Assembly: GCF_018350175.1 (NCBI RefSeq)
Contig: NC_058368.1
Location: 23,066,001-23,130,000, forward strand
Origin: Felis catus
Taxonomy: Eukaryota
Length of the DNA: 64,000 bases
Direction: 5' to 3'
Part shown: positions 61,130-64,000 of the stretch, one piece after another
Layout: each line of letters starts with the position of its first letter
How positions within the stretch are numbered: position 1 is the first letter of the stretch
The notes under the pieces: generated by a model
Databases searched by the model: none
Seen by the model: the letters and a program-made list of their open reading frames with translations, nothing else
What the model was told of the DNA's origin: nothing
Made by a program: the position numbers and the translations under genes

Positions 61130-64000
61130 AAAAAAGCCACCCCAAACCCTATATTACACCGAGGCAACCCCTAATGTCATTTCATTTCTGTAAATTTTTA
61201 GCTCCGCATTCACTCTTGAACCTCACACAATTAGATTTTGCCTCCTCCATTTTCCTGGAACTATGCTCCCATAGGTCAATGTCTGTCACAGGCGACCTTC
61301 CTGGTATGCTCTGGATTCCATCTCGTCTTCCTTCTCAAGAACTTCATTTCTGTAATTATTCACTTCTGCCTGCATTATTCGTTCTCCCCTTTAGTGGATG
61401 ACTCCCACCAGTCTGCAAACCTGTCTTAGTATTGCACATCTTAAACTCTTCCTTAAACCCATTACCTCCTCTCTGTTCCTCTTCATAGTAAAACATCTCA
61501 AAAGAGATATCTATGTTTACCTCCTCCACCTTCTCCCCTCCGGCACTCTTCGATTTGCTTCAGTAGGGTCCTCTTCACCCTACTGAAAAGACTCTTATCA
61601 AGATCATCCGTGACTTCCAGCTTGCTAAATCTAATGGTCAAGTCTCGGTCCTCATCTTCACTTCTCAGTGGTATTTGACGTAGTTCAGTCTCCTTCCTTT
61701 CAGAAATAACTTGTGCTGTTGGTCTCTGTTGACAGCACACTCTGCTGGTTTTCCATTTATTCCACTCTTCCTTGTCACTCTTTTTTTGGTCCCACCTTCT
61801 ATGTCTGGCTTTGAAATATTGATTGAGTCTGAGGCTTGATATCAGGCCTTTCTCTATAATCTCTCCTTGGTAATTTCACCAGTCCCACTGTTTTAAATAT
61901 CATCTATATGATACTGACTCTCAAATCTCTATCTCTAGTTTTGGCCCCTAGGATTAGTTTGCATTAGGTTGCATGTATCAGCAAAAGCCAAACAATAGTG
62001 GCTTAAACAAAATAAAAGTTTGCGCTTTTTGTTCAGTACTTAAGGAAATTCAAGGATATTTATTCAATATACAAGGAAATATATACAAGGATATTTATTC
62101 AATATACAAGGAAATATATATATATGTATATATATGTATATATGTATATATACATATGTATACATACATATACATATGTATACATACATATACATATACA
62201 TGTATATATACATATATATACATATGGATATATGTATATATATGTATATACATGTATATATATATATTTAAGTTTATTTATTTTGAGAGTGTGGGGGGGG
62301 GGGAGGGGCAGAGAGAGAGAAAGAGAGAAAGAAAGAATCCCAAGCAGGCTCTGCACTGTCAGAGACATGGGGCTTGAACCCATGAACCATGAAATCATGA
62401 CCTGAGCTGTAGTCAGATGCTTAACTGACTGAGCTATCCAGGTGCCCCATAAAGAAGCATATTTGCTGTGTAAGTTTGAAGGAAAGCAAACTAGGACTTA
62501 TGTGGTGGCTTGATTGCCATCAGAGACCCAGAGGACTTCCCTTTATGTGTTTCATTATCCCAGCCCTTGGTTTCCACTCTCAAGGAGCACCTCATTATTT
62601 CAAGATGGCTGCTAGAGATCCAGCCATATCATAAACATTCCAGACTGCAGGTAGGAGAAAAGCAAGAGGACAAAATGTTCATTTCCTAGGTGAGTTAATT
62701 CCCTTTAAGGAGGCTTTCTAGTTTCTTCACAAAACTTCCACTTCTACCTCATTATCCACAACTTAGTCATATGGCCACACTTAGTTGCCAGGAAGGCTGG
62801 GAAATACAGTCTTTATTTCAGTTAGCAATACACCTAGCTAAGTATCAGGGTTCTGTTACAGAGAAGAAGAGGAAAGTGGGTATTGGGTAGAGATCTAGCA
62901 ATCTCTGCCACACTAACCCTGACTCTTCCCTGTGCTGTGAGCTTATGTGTCTCTGTGTCCATAACATCTCCATTTGGATGCCTAATGGGCTTTTCATACT
63001 AAACTTAGATAAACCTCTTGATTCCCTCCACCCTCAAACCTGCTCCTCCCAGCCTTTTCCATTTCAGTAAACGGCTTCACCTCATTGTTCAAACTAAAAA
63101 CCTAAAGTCATTAAAAAAAAAAAAAGCACCTTTTGTTATGAAAACTCAAACACACTGAAAGGTAGAGCAAATAGTATAAAAAACACCAATAGATCCAGCA
63201 TCTATTGTGCTTGTTTAACCTTTTTTTTTTTTTTTTTTGAACTGAAGTATTTTAAAGTACAGTCATTGTGGGGCACCTGGGTGGCTCAGTCGATTAAGCG
63301 TCTGACTTGGGTTCAGGTCAAGATCTCTTGTCAGGCTCTGTGCTGACTGTGCGGAGCCTGGAGCCTGCTTTGGATTCTGTCTCTGTCTCTCTGCCCCTCC
63401 TCTGCTCACACTCTGTCTCTCTTTCTCTGTGCAAAAATAAACATCAAAAAAAGTAAAGTATAGTCATTGTGACATTGAACTCAAATTCTTCAGTTGGCAT
63501 CTCTAAAACATAAAGGCATTTTTGTGTATATCTGTGATACTATCACCAGTCTTCTCAAAATGAACAATTCTTTACTCCTCTCTTCCTCATCCGCCACAGA
63601 GAGTCAATCAGTAAGTGATGTCAACTCTCTGGCCACTCCTCACTCTCTCCAATGCCATCCCATCTCAGCCACTATCAACCCTTAACTAGACTTTTGTTCT
63701 GCATTCTTCCTTCTAACTCTCCATTTTGCACATAGTATCAAACTATTCTTTCAAAAATTTAAACCATGTTGTATCACCTCCTTAATTAAAACCCTCCAGT
63801 GATTATCTCTTTGTGATTAGATTAGAATCCAGGCTTCTTTAAGACCTACTTGACCTGACTCCTGAGTACCTTTCTAAGCTCTCTGCCTTCTCTCCCCTCA
63901 CTCCTGCCTTATTTTGTTCCTTTGAATACCAGAGTAATTCCTGCCTAACTCTAGTGCTTAGGCTATACCTTCTGCCTGGAAGGGTTCCCCCAGATCTTTG
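61130..64000 (+). mobile_element. L2 LINE remnant interrupted by an MLT1J-like LTR (about 61950-62912, minus), an L1 3' end (about 63125-63570, minus) and Can-SINEs (62265-62448 minus; 63270-63452 plus)
   Basis: L2 motifs (tgacttccagcttgctaaatctaatggtca; ctccatttggatgcctaatgggc; cttaattaaaaccctccagtg); SINE TSD taaagta(c/t)agtcattgt. Confidence 0.75.
62051..62268. repeat. Perfect 35-nt tandem duplication followed by a (TA/TG/CA)n low-complexity tract
   Basis: caaggatatttattcaatatacaaggaaatatata twice (62051-62085, 62086-62120), then about 150 nt of alternating purine-pyrimidine. Confidence 0.93.

Noticed and set aside
347..62405. Recurrent ORFs containing AQVMISWSVSSSPASGSVLTAQSLEP or RETEHERGRGRERGRHRI
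   Set aside because: They are translations of SINE sequence, not a gene family
61973..62405. Tyr/Ile-rich ORFs
   Set aside because: They are translations of the (TA)n-type tract and the adjacent SINE
3189..62912. Inferring a host-gene strand from repeat orientation bias
   Set aside because: LTRs are mostly minus while L1s are mostly plus, so the signals conflict and the numbers are small
1..64000. A novel multi-gene system, CRISPR-like array or host protein-coding gene
   Set aside because: The dispersed ~200-nt repeats are ordinary Can-SINEs, mostly with individual TSDs rather than regular spacers, and no ORF outside LINE remnants has recognisable homology

Overview
Mammalian genomic DNA, almost certainly from a felid (cat family): it carries about 42 tRNA-derived carnivore SINEs, many of the Felidae SINEC_Fc type (GGGGCGCCTGGGTGGCGCAGTCGGTTAAGCGTCCGACTTCAGCC...(CT)n...AATAAA-A tail). 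The window is AT-rich and repeat-dense, has no CpG island and no host protein-coding exon I can recognise, so it looks intergenic or deep intronic. The only protein-like ORFs are pieces of dead LINE-1 ORF2, mainly a 5'-truncated carnivore L1 at 42.5-45.1 kb with catalytic and zinc-knuckle mutations. The rest is old L1M/L2/MIR, MaLR/ERVL solo LTRs, a near full-length HAL1, Tigger1 and hAT remnants and microsatellites. I found no previously undescribed biological system. The best-supported oddities are retrotransposition products: a perfect 35-nt tailless U2 snRNA retrocopy inside a Tigger1 derivative, a U6-L1 chimera, an old L1 with a twin-priming 5' inversion, a triplicated target site, a four-SINE pile-up, a tailless young SINE and a ~23-nt micro-retrocopy with a 17-bp target-site duplication (TSD). 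Weaker leads are a cluster of minus-strand mini-exon signals at 0-3.1 kb, a canonical-looking 70-nt intron at 25.3 kb and repeat-free, motif-rich enhancer candidates. Repeat subfamily names come from memory of consensus sequences, and old-repeat boundaries are approximate (tens of bp).
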